Assembly (NCBI GenBank): GCA_035389045.1
Contig: DAOORA010000036.1
Span: 1 to 41,805 of the forward strand
Reading direction: 5' to 3'
DNA: 41,805 nt
Source: Bacteroidales bacterium
GTDB lineage: Bacteria; Bacteroidota; Bacteroidia; Bacteroidales; CAIWKO01
How positions within the stretch are numbered: position 1 is the first letter of the stretch; the number at the start of each line of letters is the position of its first letter. Below are positions 8,082 to 18,584 of this stretch, piece after piece. Under the pieces are notes generated by a model. That model made no database searches. It was not told the DNA's origin and was given only the letters and a program-made list of their open reading frames with translations. The position numbers and the translations under genes are program-made.

Positions 8082-11000
8082 TTGCAACTGAAAGAGCTAT
8101 TATCGGTATATAACAACAACCCTCAGGTCAGGGATATGGCGGTATTGGCAGATTCGCCGGAAGCTACAAAAATTCATATTGGCGGTCTGAGTGGTTCTGC
8201 AAAAGCATTTGCCATTGCGTCAGTTTTTCGTCAGTCGGGGAAAACACAGTTTATTGTTATGCCGGATAAAGAATCTGCCGCATACTTATATAATGATCTG
8301 GAAAATATCCTGGGCGAACAGGATATAAAATTATTTAAAAAGAATGTCCTTTTTTTTCCATCATCTTACCGGCATCCCAAAAATTTCGAAAAGATGGATA
8401 ATACTTCGGTACTTCTTCGCACCGAAGTACTCAACAAATTGCAAAAAGGCCGTAAAAAGCTTATTGTGGTTACCTATCCCGATGCACTTCTTGAAAAAGT
8501 GGTGGCACAGGGATTTTTTGAGAAAAATACCCTGCGCCTCAGGACAGGTGAAAAACTTTCCATTGATTTTCTCAGGGAAGTAATGGTTGAGTACAATTTT
8601 GACTATGTGGATTTTGTTGCGGAACCCGGACAATATGCCGTTCGTGGTGGTATCATTGATGTGTATTCATTTTCTAATGAGAATCCTTATAGAATAGAAC
8701 TTTTTGGCGACCAGGTAAGCTCTATACGCACCTTTGATCCTGCCTCTCAGTTATCGCTTGAACGGATTGAACATATTAAAATTGTTCCTGACTCCAATGA
8801 TATTGATTTTGTTCGTAAAAAAGTAGATCTTCCTGAATATATCAGTGATTCGGCAGTATTTTGGTTCGAAGATGCCAGTTTTGCTTTCGATCATCTGGGA
8901 ATTCTCTATCAGATTGCTTCCGGTCACAGCAAAGCTGCGAATAATGAAGAGGATATCAGGCCGGACGCCAGTGAACTGTTTTCCGAACGTGATGCTTTAA
9001 TAAAGCAGATAAGCTCATTTCCCGTTCTTGAATTTGGGAAACACTTTTTTTTCGAAACGCTGCAAACTTATAAGTTTGAAACATATCCGCAGCCTTCGTT
9101 CAACAAGAATTTTGACATCCTGATCAGTAAACTTTCAGAAAACACCGGCAATAATATTACTAATTACATTTTTTCTGATTCAAAAAGCCAGATTGAACGT
9201 ATTAATACCATCATTGAAGATATAAAAAAAAGCCGAAAGCAGCATGAGGATATTGAGTTTACCGTTGTTAATACTTCTATCCATGAGGGTTTTGTCGATC
9301 TTGAACAAAAAATATGCTGCTATACCGATCATCAGATCTTTGACCGTTACCATCGTTTCAGGCTTAAAGATAATTACAGTGCCCGGGAAGCAGCAACACT
9401 CAAAGAGATATACAACCTCAGCCCGGGCGATTACATCACACATATCGATCATGGCGTCGGGCGTTATGCCGGCCTGGAAAAAATTGAAGTCAACGGCAAG
9501 CAGCAGGAGGCTATCAAATTAGTTTACGATAATCAGGATCTTTTATATGTGAGCATACATTCGTTGCACCGTATATCAAAATTTGTGGGCAAGGATGGCA
9601 CTCCGCCAACGTTGAACCGTCTGGGTTCAAATGCCTGGAATAAACTGAAAGCAAAAACAAAAGACCGTGTAAAGGATATTGCCAGGGACCTGATAAAATT
9701 GTATGCACAGCGGCGTGCTTCCGGCGGACATTCTTTTCCTCCCGATAATTATCTGCAGCATGAGCTGGAAGCATCGTTCATATACCAGGATACGCCCGAT
9801 CAGGTAAAATCCACTGCCGACGTAAAAAAAGATATGGAAGCCGATTTCCCGATGGATCGTCTGATCTGCGGTGATGTAGGTTTTGGAAAAACCGAAGTGG
9901 CAATACGTGCAGCCTTCAAGTCGGTATGCGATAGCAAGCAGGTTGCAGTGCTTGTCCCCACCACGATTCTCGCATTACAGCATTATAAAACTTTTTCCGA
10001 CCGCCTGGCCGAATTTCCATGCAATGTTGAATATATCAACCGTTTTCGTTCAGCAAAAAAACAGAAAGAGATACTGAAAGACCTTACAGATGGAAAGCTG
10101 GATATACTGATTGGCACACACAGGCTCATCAGTAAAGACGTTGTATATAAGGATCTGGGACTACTAATCATCGACGAAGAACAGAAATTCGGTGTCGCCG
10201 CCAAAGAGAAATTGAGAAAACTTAGAGTTAATGTAGATACCCTGACTCTTACAGCAACACCAATACCGCGCACCTTGCAGTTCTCGCTCATGGGTGCACG
10301 CGACTTGTCAATAATTTCTACGCCACCGCCTAACCGTTATCCGATACATACCGAATTACATGTATTCAACGAAACAAGTATCCGGGATGCCATAATGTAT
10401 GAAGTCTCCCGGGGCGGGCAGGTCTTTTTTGTGCATAACCGCATTCATAATATCAATGATATAGCTGAGCTGATCCGCAGATTATGCCCCAATGTCAGAA
10501 TTGCCATTGGCCATGGTCAAATGGATGGCAGCGTGCTGGAACAAACCATGCTTGACTTTATTGACGGGCAGTTTGATGTGCTGGTATCTACCACGATCAT
10601 CGAATCAGGGCTTGACATTCCGAACGCAAATACCATCATCATCAACGAAGCACAGAATTACGGCCTGAGTGATTTGCACCAGTTGCGGGGCAGGGTAGGG
10701 CGGACAAACAAAAAAGCATTTTGTTACCTGCTGGCGCCGCCTTTATCTGTACTTACCGATGATGCCCGCAAACGACTGAAAACCATTGAGGAATTTTCGG
10801 AACTGGGCAGCGGATTCAATATTGCCATGCGCGACTTAGACATCCGCGGAGCAGGCAACATACTGGGCGCCGAACAAAGCGGATTTATTTCAGAGATCGG
10901 TTTCGAGATGTACCAGAAAATTCTTGACGAAGCTTTGTTTGAACTGAAACAAAAAGATTTTAAAGACCTGTATCCGGAAGATCAAAATGTAAAACAGGAA

Positions 11001-11468
11001 TATGTAAGAGACTGCCAGATAGAAACCGATCTGGAAGTGCTGATCCCTGACACATACGTTTCAAATATAGCAGAGCGCCTCGCTTTGTATAAGGAACTGG
11101 ACAGTATTGCCGACGAAGAAGACCTGCTTGTTTTCCAGAATATGCTTATCGACCGCTTCGGGCCTATATCCCTGCAGACACAGGAATTGATCAATACATT
11201 GCGTCTCCGCTGGATCGCATCAAAACTCGGTATGGAAAAGATCGTGCTGAAAGAATCGCTGCTTAAAGCCTATTTTGTAAGCAATCCCGAATCCAGCTAC
11301 TACCAGTCGGAAGTATTCACCGGTATCATAACTTTTGTAAAAGAACACCCGCATTTTTGTAAGCTGAGGGAGTCGAATAATAAACTTATCATTGTGATTA
11401 GCAATGTCAATAGCGTAGCGGAGGCGTTGCAGCAGATTCTCAAAATCAGCGAATGCAATCCTATTTAG
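8082..11468 (+). CDS. mfd: Transcription-repair coupling factor Mfd
   Basis: UvrB-homology region (PGQYAVRGGIIDV), RID (HIDHGVGRY), GDVGFGKT, DEEQ, TATPIPRT, QLRGRVGR, TRG motif DLDIRGAGN. Confidence 0.97.
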   Translation: MQLKELLSVYNNNPQVRDMAVLADSPEATKIHIGGLSGSAKAFAIASVFRQSGKTQFIVMPDKESAAYLYNDLENILGEQDIKLFKKNVLFFPSSYRHPKNFEKMDNTSVLLRTEVLNKLQKGRKKLIVVTYPDALLEKVVAQGFFEKNTLRLRTGEKLSIDFLREVMVEYNFDYVDFVAEPGQYAVRGGIIDVYSFSNENPYRIELFGDQVSSIRTFDPASQLSLERIEHIKIVPDSNDIDFVRKKVDLPEYISDSAVFWFEDASFAFDHLGILYQIASGHSKAANNEEDIRPDASELFSERDALIKQISSFPVLEFGKHFFFETLQTYKFETYPQPSFNKNFDILISKLSENTGNNITNYIFSDSKSQIERINTIIEDIKKSRKQHEDIEFTVVNTSIHEGFVDLEQKICCYTDHQIFDRYHRFRLKDNYSAREAATLKEIYNLSPGDYITHIDHGVGRYAGLEKIEVNGKQQEAIKLVYDNQDLLYVSIHSLHRISKFVGKDGTPPTLNRLGSNAWNKLKAKTKDRVKDIARDLIKLYAQRRASGGHSFPPDNYLQHELEASFIYQDTPDQVKSTADVKKDMEADFPMDRLICGDVGFGKTEVAIRAAFKSVCDSKQVAVLVPTTILALQHYKTFSDRLAEFPCNVEYINRFRSAKKQKEILKDLTDGKLDILIGTHRLISKDVVYKDLGLLIIDEEQKFGVAAKEKLRKLRVNVDTLTLTATPIPRTLQFSLMGARDLSIISTPPPNRYPIHTELHVFNETSIRDAIMYEVSRGGQVFFVHNRIHNINDIAELIRRLCPNVRIAIGHGQMDGSVLEQTMLDFIDGQFDVLVSTTIIESGLDIPNANTIIINEAQNYGLSDLHQLRGRVGRTNKKAFCYLLAPPLSVLTDDARKRLKTIEEFSELGSGFNIAMRDLDIRGAGNILGAEQSGFISEIGFEMYQKILDEALFELKQKDFKDLYPEDQNVKQEYVRDCQIETDLEVLIPDTYVSNIAERLALYKELDSIADEEDLLVFQNMLIDRFGPISLQTQELINTLRLRWIASKLGMEKIVLKESLLKAYFVSNPESSYYQSEVFTGIITFVKEHPHFCKLRESNNKLIIVISNVNSVAEALQQILKISECNPI

Positions 11469-11551
11469 CAAAGTGTTTATGTTTCATAAAAAATTATGAA
11501 TTTGTTGTCTTTTTGACAATGTTTTAGTTACTTTGTAATACCATAGGATAT

Positions 11552-14500
11552 TTGAAAGTGAAAACTTATTTGAAATGGGTTTTATTAATTGTCATTCTAA
11601 TTCCTTTTAGGGGGGCTTTTCTTTATGCCCAGAAGAATAAAAATAATCATTATATAAGGCATTTTAGTACAAAAGATGGTTTATATAATAACCATATCAG
11701 GAGTATAGCTCAAGATAAAACTGGTTTTTTATGGATAGCCACATGGGATGGCCTGACACGTTTTGATGGTTATGAGTTTAAAAGTTATTATCACGAACCT
11801 GATGATTCAAGCTCTTTACCTGGCATTGTGCTTCACAAAATATGTGTAGACAGGTTCAATAACGTTTGGGTATTTGCTAATCGTTCTGTATGCAGATATA
11901 ATAGAAAAAATGATAATTTCATAAGATGTAACAATCATTCTAATTCATGTAAAATACAGTCAAATTTATGTAGTTCAATAAATTTAGATAATTATGGCAA
12001 TTTATGGTTATTGGGTGATAAGGGCTGCGATGTTTGGGTAGATAATAAAAAATTTGTTCACTATAATTTTAAAAATAAATCATATTGTGATACTGCATTT
12101 CAAATTTATTTTGATTCTAAAAATAATATTTGGCTTTTTCTCGAAAAGTATTTATATAAATGTTCCAACCCGACTATTAGTTACAATGTAAATTCTGAAA
12201 TAATTGTTGAAAAAAAAATAAAATATTACGTCCCCAAGCCCAATACGGATTTTCTAAATTATAATTATAAAATAAATAGATTAATTTATAGCAGAACGAA
12301 TGATACACTTTGGATATGTACCAATCATGGGTTATATTATTTGAATGTGTTAAACAATAAGATAAAAAGTTTTGATGGTCACTTTAATCCTAATTCATTC
12401 GATAAAAATACCGAGCCTTTAATATGGTCTTCTATTGAGAAGGGGCTGGATTTATATGATCCCAGAAAAAATTTTAGAGATTCTGTAAGGGAGATTGGGG
12501 GTTCTCAAGAAGCGTTTTTCATAGACAGACAAAATATAATATGGTCTGGGGGAGTATTTAATTTATCTAATGAAGGTACCGGCTTATATATGATTTACAA
12601 TACAGGTAATTTTTTCAAATATTACCTTGATAATACTGACGAAAAAATTAAATATACTGTATTTGGAGTATATCAGGACAGCTTATTGAATATTTGGGTT
12701 GGTATTGATAACTTCAATTATATTTTAAGAATTCACCCAGGCGGATTATTAATTGATTCGTTAAATTATGTTACTAAAGTAGATGACCGAATCCCATGTC
12801 CAATGTCATTTCTGGATGATAAAAAGGGAAATCTTTGGATAGCTTATAGATCCGGGTATCTTTATAAATACAATTTTAAAAAAGACTCTTTCTTGCCATA
12901 TAATTATGACCTTAAAGTAACAAATGGGTTTTCTTTTCAAACATTTGGATTTAAAGTGCTTAAGAAATACAAGGATGGTAATATAATAGCCGGAGGCGAT
13001 GGAAAATATTGTTGTTTTAATCCTGATAATAAGACTGTTATTTTTGGAAATAGTCCAATCCATTTTGGTGTTTATTCAGTGCTTGTTGATAGAGATTCAA
13101 ACATATGGATTGGTTGCTCTAATGAACTAATTCTCATAAAAAATAGCACATATGAAACTCATTCATATAGTTCACGCATGAACTCAAATATAGAGTGTAT
13201 TGTTGAAGTTGATCCTAATTATTTGTGGCTTGCATTTTTTGGTCAGGGAATAGGGCAGTTTGATAAAAAGACCGGATATATAAAATTCTATAGAACACAT
13301 GATGGATTGTCAAACAACTCAACATATAATATTTTAGTAGATAATTCTAACCGATTTTGGATAAGCACAAACAGAGGTATTTCTATGTTCAATCCAAAAA
13401 CTGAAGAGTTTTGGAACTTTGGTCCCGAGGATGGATTGAAGATTGAGGAGTTCAATAGTAAAGCTGCTTATAAATGTAAGGACGGTCAGATGCTTTTCGG
13501 GGGCATGGGCGGAGTGGTCGGATTTTATCCTGACAGTCTAAAACAATCAAGTTTAAACTATTACTCGCCAATAATTTTTTTAGAATTAAAAGTGCTAGGT
13601 GATACAATATTTGAAAAGAATATTTATGAGCAACCCAGTATTACAATTAAGCCAGGTTCCGAATCATTTGAACTAGCTTTCACTTGTCCAGACTTTAGAA
13701 ATACTGAAAAAATACAGTTCAGATACTATATTGAGGGCGATAATGATACACTTCCTACAGATTTCAGAAATCGTAAAGCAAGTTTTACAAACTTAAAACC
13801 CGGAAAATATAATGTATGTGTTGAAGCTACAGATAATGATGGTGAGTTTTCGCGAAGAGCATCAATTGAAATAATAATACCTCCATTGTTTAAGCAAACA
13901 TTCTGGTATAAACTAATAATTATTCTGGTTACGATTATTCTTTTAAGTCCGTTAATTATTGTTGTAATTTTACATAGGAAAAAAAGGCAAAAAGATAAAG
14001 TAATTGAATTGACCGATGCAATTCAACAAAAGGATGAGGAGGAATTTACACAAAATATTCACGATGTAATTGGATCAGAACTTAATTTTGCTTCAAGTTC
14101 CCTAAAATCATTTATTAAAGGAAATTCTGATTTGAAAGATGCTGAAAAAGACAAACTAGAAATAACGATGTCACATTTGATAAATACAAAAGAGAGTTTG
14201 AAGGTCATTGTAAAGAACACATTGCCGCAAAGCTTAAAAATTGCAGGTTTCTTACCCACTTTGAAAGATCTGATTGATACATTAAATAAATCTCAACAGA
14301 TCCGATTTGAAATAGAAGAGGATGAAAAATTTCCAGAATTAAATGAAATGGAAGCCTGGCAATTATATAAGGTATTCCGGGAATTAATAAACAATATACT
14401 TAAGCATTCAAAGGCTAAAGTTGTTATTATTTCCATTACCTGTGATAAAAAATTGCGATTAATGATTAAAGATGATGGAGTCGGTTTCGATCAGAAGTTA

Positions 14501-14644
14501 ATTCATCACCCAACAGGGATGGGTTTAGAAAATATAAAACGCCGTATAACGGCACTTAAAGGAAATATAATAAAAACTGATGTACAAAAGGGTACTGAGT
14601 TTATTATTGAATTTCGGATTAAAAACAACAGAATTAAATACTAA
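11552..14644 (+). CDS. Sensor histidine kinase with periplasmic beta-propeller (Reg_prop) and Y_Y_Y domains, HisKA_3-type
   Basis: Signal peptide, DGL..N.I..I.QD..G.LWI.T repeats, F.NLKPGKY domain, TM helix, H-box IHD, N-box ELINNILKHS, G boxes DDGVGF / GMGL. Confidence 0.9.
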   Translation: MKVKTYLKWVLLIVILIPFRGAFLYAQKNKNNHYIRHFSTKDGLYNNHIRSIAQDKTGFLWIATWDGLTRFDGYEFKSYYHEPDDSSSLPGIVLHKICVDRFNNVWVFANRSVCRYNRKNDNFIRCNNHSNSCKIQSNLCSSINLDNYGNLWLLGDKGCDVWVDNKKFVHYNFKNKSYCDTAFQIYFDSKNNIWLFLEKYLYKCSNPTISYNVNSEIIVEKKIKYYVPKPNTDFLNYNYKINRLIYSRTNDTLWICTNHGLYYLNVLNNKIKSFDGHFNPNSFDKNTEPLIWSSIEKGLDLYDPRKNFRDSVREIGGSQEAFFIDRQNIIWSGGVFNLSNEGTGLYMIYNTGNFFKYYLDNTDEKIKYTVFGVYQDSLLNIWVGIDNFNYILRIHPGGLLIDSLNYVTKVDDRIPCPMSFLDDKKGNLWIAYRSGYLYKYNFKKDSFLPYNYDLKVTNGFSFQTFGFKVLKKYKDGNIIAGGDGKYCCFNPDNKTVIFGNSPIHFGVYSVLVDRDSNIWIGCSNELILIKNSTYETHSYSSRMNSNIECIVEVDPNYLWLAFFGQGIGQFDKKTGYIKFYRTHDGLSNNSTYNILVDNSNRFWISTNRGISMFNPKTEEFWNFGPEDGLKIEEFNSKAAYKCKDGQMLFGGMGGVVGFYPDSLKQSSLNYYSPIIFLELKVLGDTIFEKNIYEQPSITIKPGSESFELAFTCPDFRNTEKIQFRYYIEGDNDTLPTDFRNRKASFTNLKPGKYNVCVEATDNDGEFSRRASIEIIIPPLFKQTFWYKLIIILVTIILLSPLIIVVILHRKKRQKDKVIELTDAIQQKDEEEFTQNIHDVIGSELNFASSSLKSFIKGNSDLKDAEKDKLEITMSHLINTKESLKVIVKNTLPQSLKIAGFLPTLKDLIDTLNKSQQIRFEIEEDEKFPELNEMEAWQLYKVFRELINNILKHSKAKVVIISITCDKKLRLMIKDDGVGFDQKLIHHPTGMGLENIKRRITALKGNIIKTDVQKGTEFIIEFRIKNNRIKY

Positions 14645-14650
14645 GATTAT

Positions 14651-15316
14651 ATGGAAAATAATGATGTAATAAAAATCCTAATTGTTGATGACCATCCTGT
14701 AGTGAGGAAAGGACTAAGAGAAATTTTGGGAGAAGTTGGAGGAACCCAAATTGTAGCAGAAGCGGATGGAGGAGAAGAAGCATTGCAAATTCTTTTGAAA
14801 ACACAGGTGGATGTAGTAATTACAGACCTAATTATGCCTAAAAAAATGAATGGTCTTGATTTGACCGAGAAAATTAAAGAAAAATACAAAGACAAAATAA
14901 AAATAATTGTTTTCACGGTAAGCGAAGAGGGTCCTATATTAGATAAAATTTTTAATGCAGGCGCAGAGGGTTTTTTATTAAAAGAAGCTGATTCTAATGA
15001 TTTTAGTTTTGCATTACAGAAAATAACTAATGGAACACATTATTATTGCGAAAGATTTCATGAAATTAGAGCAAGATATAAATCAAAAAGGGAGGAAGAA
15101 GAAAAAGAAAAAAAAATATTGACCAAACGCGAGTGGGAGGTTCTGGATCTTATATTGGATGGAAAAACATATGCTGAAATAGCCAATAAGCTTAATATTA
15201 AAGAGGTTACTGTCAGAGTATATAAGGATAAAATGATGAGTGCAATAAACGCAAAAACCACCATTGATTTAATTAAATATGGGATACGTTGTGATGAGTT
15301 TTCAGCGTCAGAATGA
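14651..15316 (+). CDS. NarL/LuxR-family response regulator
   Basis: IVDDHPVVRKG, DLIMP, G.LLK receiver domain; LTKREWEVL...EIA.KL HTH. Confidence 0.93.
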   Translation: MENNDVIKILIVDDHPVVRKGLREILGEVGGTQIVAEADGGEEALQILLKTQVDVVITDLIMPKKMNGLDLTEKIKEKYKDKIKIIVFTVSEEGPILDKIFNAGAEGFLLKEADSNDFSFALQKITNGTHYYCERFHEIRARYKSKREEEEKEKKILTKREWEVLDLILDGKTYAEIANKLNIKEVTVRVYKDKMMSAINAKTTIDLIKYGIRCDEFSASE

Positions 15317-15407
15317 ATTCCTAAATAATCATTTGTTTATCTACTCTATACATTTTTGTTTACATAACGCTAAACATTTGCTCTAACACTTTTTCTTTTC
15401 TTATATT

Positions 15408-15415
15408 TAACTTTG
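15408..15415 (+). promoter_or_regulatory. -7 promoter box for the T9SS repeat protein
   Basis: TAACTTTG; no TTTG at the -33 spacing; ACATTT repeated upstream. Confidence 0.5.
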
Positions 15416-15441
15416 TCTCATAACTTTTTATATCATGAGAC

Positions 15442-18400
15442 ATGAAAACTATTTTTAAAATTATCGTTTTGCTCGCTTTTAGCTTGAGCAATGCACATGC
15501 ACAAATATCATGTGTAAATGGCAATCTTACGGGTACAGGTATTATGATTACACCTAATGGGGGCCCTATTAGTGCGGGTACTCAAATATGTGTCAGTGGA
15601 GATATTCCTTCATTTCCGTATCATAGCGTTGATATTTTTTTATCACCAACAAAATGTAATGATAACGGTAGAATTGGAGATAATTATCAAGTAGGTTATC
15701 CCAATAGGTGTACTAATGCTAATGGTCATTTTAACGCATGTCTTACTGTTGGCAAAGGCACCTGCGGAACTACTTATTATTTATCAATCAAGTTATCAGC
15801 GATAAGTAGTGGTTGTTCAGTGACAGGAACTGGATGTGGTTGCAATACTTCATTATGTTCTTTACCATTTACATATAGTGGAACGAATTCCATAGCACCT
15901 ACAAGCATAACCGCAAATTCCACTTCTACATGCTCGGGGTCATGTGTTTCTTTAACTGTAAATGGTGGCTCATTGGGTACAGGCGCTAACTGGAAGTTTT
16001 ACAAAGTTAGTTGTGGCGGCACTTTGCTTTGTAGCACTACTGGATCTCAATGTACAAATATTGATTGCCCTACATCAAATACGACATATTTTGTAAGAGC
16101 AGAAGGTACATGTAATACCACTAACTGTGTACAGACAACAGTTACTGTCAATACTGTTCCAATGGTTGTAACGGTTATGGGAGGAGGAACTTTTTGCAAC
16201 AACAATATAACACTCACAGCATCTGGCGGAAGCGGAGGTATAATATACTGGCAAAACAACATAAGCGGAGGCACATCAACTGCTACACAATCAACATCAC
16301 GAACAGTTAATACACCAGGCACCTATTATTTCAGGGCTCATAACTATTGTGGTTGGGGACCTCAGGGAAGTACAACTGTAACAATAAACAATACGCCATC
16401 AGCACCAATATTACAAGTAGTTAACAATTGCGGTAATTCTATCATTACTGCATCAAATTATACGGGAACATTAACTTGGAGTGACGGTGGAAGTGGCAAT
16501 CCTCGTACTGTTATTTCAGGTAGTTATACTGTAACTCAAACTGTGAATAATTGCACTAGTGCAGCAAGCAATCAGGTTACGGCATCTCCATTACCTGTTC
16601 CGTCAGCACCTACATTACAAGTAGTAAACAATTGTGGTAATTCAACCATAACAGCATCAAATTATACAGGAACACTATCTTGGAGCGATGGAGGGAATGG
16701 TAATCCTCGGAATGTTATTTCTGGTTGTTATACTGTAACTCAAACTAGGAATAATTGTACTAGTTCAGCAAGCAATCAGGTGACCGCATCTCCATTTATT
16801 ATTCCGTCAGCACCGGTATTGCATGTAATAAATAATTGCGGTAATTCAACCATAACAGCATCAAATTACACGGGAACACTAACTTGGAGTGATGGAGGGA
16901 GTGGTAATCCTCGTACTGTTATTTCTGGTAGTTATACTGTAACTCAAACTATAAATAATTGTACTAGTTCAGCAAGCAATCAGGTGACAGCATCTCCATT
17001 ACCTGTTCCGTTAGCACCTACATTACATGTAGTTAACAATTGCGGTAATTCTATCATTACGGCATCAAATTATACGGGAACATTAACTTGGAGTGACGGT
17101 GGAAGTGGCAATCCTCGTACTGTTATTTCAGGTAGTTATACTGTAACTCAAACTGTGAATAATTGTACTGGTGCAGCAAGCAATCAGGTGACAGCATCTC
17201 CATTATCTGTTCCGTCAGCACCTACATTACAAGTAGTAAACAATTGCGGTAATTCAACCATAACAGCATCAAATTATACTGGAACACTATCTTGGAGTGA
17301 TGGAGGGAGTGGTAATCCTCGCACTGTTACTGCAGGTAGTTATACTGTAACTCAAACTGTGAATAATTGTACTGGTGCAGCAAGCAATCAGGTGACAGCA
17401 TCTCCATTATCTGTTCCGTCAGCACCTACATTACAAGTAGTAAACAATTGCGGTAATTCAACCATAACAGCATCAAATTATACTGGAACACTATCTTGGA
17501 GTGATGGAGGGAATGGTAATCCTCGCACTGTAACTGCAGGTAGTTATACTGTAACACAAACTGTGAATAATTGTACAAGTGTGGCAAGCAACCAAGTAAC
17601 AGCATCTCCATTACCAATTCCATCATCTCCAACAACTGGTAATAATGGCCCCATTTGCGCCGGAACAACACTTTTTCTAACGGCATCACATATATTAAAT
17701 GCAACTTACTCATGGATAGGGCCGAATGCATTTACGTCAAATTTACAAAATCCGACTATTACAAATGTAACGCTAGCAGATTCGGGTATATATTTTGTTA
17801 CTGCTACTGTTAATGGTTGTGAAAGTTCGTCTGATACAACATTAGTTAATGTTAATGCACTCCCCAATGCAAATGCATGGAATGATACAACTCTTTGTGT
17901 AGGTATCAAAGATACATTGCATGCTAGTGGGGGTATTAGTTATTTATGGAGTAATAATAATACAACACCCGATATCATTGTTGGTGTTGCATCAACTACA
18001 ATATTTTATGTTTCAGTGACTGGTGCAAATGGTTGTATTGCCATCGATAGTGTTAAAGTAACTGTTGATAAACCTATGCCTACTATTATTTGTGATAGTG
18101 ATATTATTATTTGTAATCAATCATATTCACATTATCAATGGTATTATAATAATGTTTCTTTATTTGGTCAGCATGATTCAATCTGTAATTCTGTTGGTAC
18201 AGGAACATACTATGTAGAAGTAGTTGATTCTTTAGACTGTAATGGAATATCTGATTCTTGTTATATTTCTATTCCAGTGAGTATTAATTCTTTAATTCAA
18301 AATAATATTGACATTTACCCAAACCCTGCTAATGATAATCTCACTGTTGAATACCCAGTAATAGCAGATAATGAAATGGTTTCAATATATAACATCCAGG

Positions 18401-18534
18401 GGAATCTCATATTGCAATTACCCATATTTAGGGTAAAAACAGATATCAACATTTCTGACATAGAAAAGGGATTGTATTTTCTGAGATTAGAAAGTGAAAA
18501 TGGGACGGTAGTGAAGAAATTCATCAAAATATAA
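15442..18534 (+). CDS. Cys/Thr/Asn-rich T9SS cargo protein with Ig-like repeats (adhesin-like)
   Basis: Signal peptide, six 68-aa repeats, C-terminal IYPNPA...KGLYFLRL...KKFIK type A sorting domain. Confidence 0.9.
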   Translation: MKTIFKIIVLLAFSLSNAHAQISCVNGNLTGTGIMITPNGGPISAGTQICVSGDIPSFPYHSVDIFLSPTKCNDNGRIGDNYQVGYPNRCTNANGHFNACLTVGKGTCGTTYYLSIKLSAISSGCSVTGTGCGCNTSLCSLPFTYSGTNSIAPTSITANSTSTCSGSCVSLTVNGGSLGTGANWKFYKVSCGGTLLCSTTGSQCTNIDCPTSNTTYFVRAEGTCNTTNCVQTTVTVNTVPMVVTVMGGGTFCNNNITLTASGGSGGIIYWQNNISGGTSTATQSTSRTVNTPGTYYFRAHNYCGWGPQGSTTVTINNTPSAPILQVVNNCGNSIITASNYTGTLTWSDGGSGNPRTVISGSYTVTQTVNNCTSAASNQVTASPLPVPSAPTLQVVNNCGNSTITASNYTGTLSWSDGGNGNPRNVISGCYTVTQTRNNCTSSASNQVTASPFIIPSAPVLHVINNCGNSTITASNYTGTLTWSDGGSGNPRTVISGSYTVTQTINNCTSSASNQVTASPLPVPLAPTLHVVNNCGNSIITASNYTGTLTWSDGGSGNPRTVISGSYTVTQTVNNCTGAASNQVTASPLSVPSAPTLQVVNNCGNSTITASNYTGTLSWSDGGSGNPRTVTAGSYTVTQTVNNCTGAASNQVTASPLSVPSAPTLQVVNNCGNSTITASNYTGTLSWSDGGNGNPRTVTAGSYTVTQTVNNCTSVASNQVTASPLPIPSSPTTGNNGPICAGTTLFLTASHILNATYSWIGPNAFTSNLQNPTITNVTLADSGIYFVTATVNGCESSSDTTLVNVNALPNANAWNDTTLCVGIKDTLHASGGISYLWSNNNTTPDIIVGVASTTIFYVSVTGANGCIAIDSVKVTVDKPMPTIICDSDIIICNQSYSHYQWYYNNVSLFGQHDSICNSVGTGTYYVEVVDSLDCNGISDSCYISIPVSINSLIQNNIDIYPNPANDNLTVEYPVIADNEMVSIYNIQGNLILQLPIFRVKTDINISDIEKGLYFLRLESENGTVVKKFIKI
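16396..17619 (+). repeat. Six intragenic 204-bp tandem repeats
   Basis: Unit PSAPxLQVVNNCGNS.ITASNYTGTL.WSDGG.GNPR.V..GSYTVTQTVNNCT.AASNQVTASP; exact 204-bp period. Confidence 0.95.
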
Positions 18535-18584
18535 TAACAATTATTTAAATAATCAATAAATCATTAAATATAAAAGGAGGCTTT

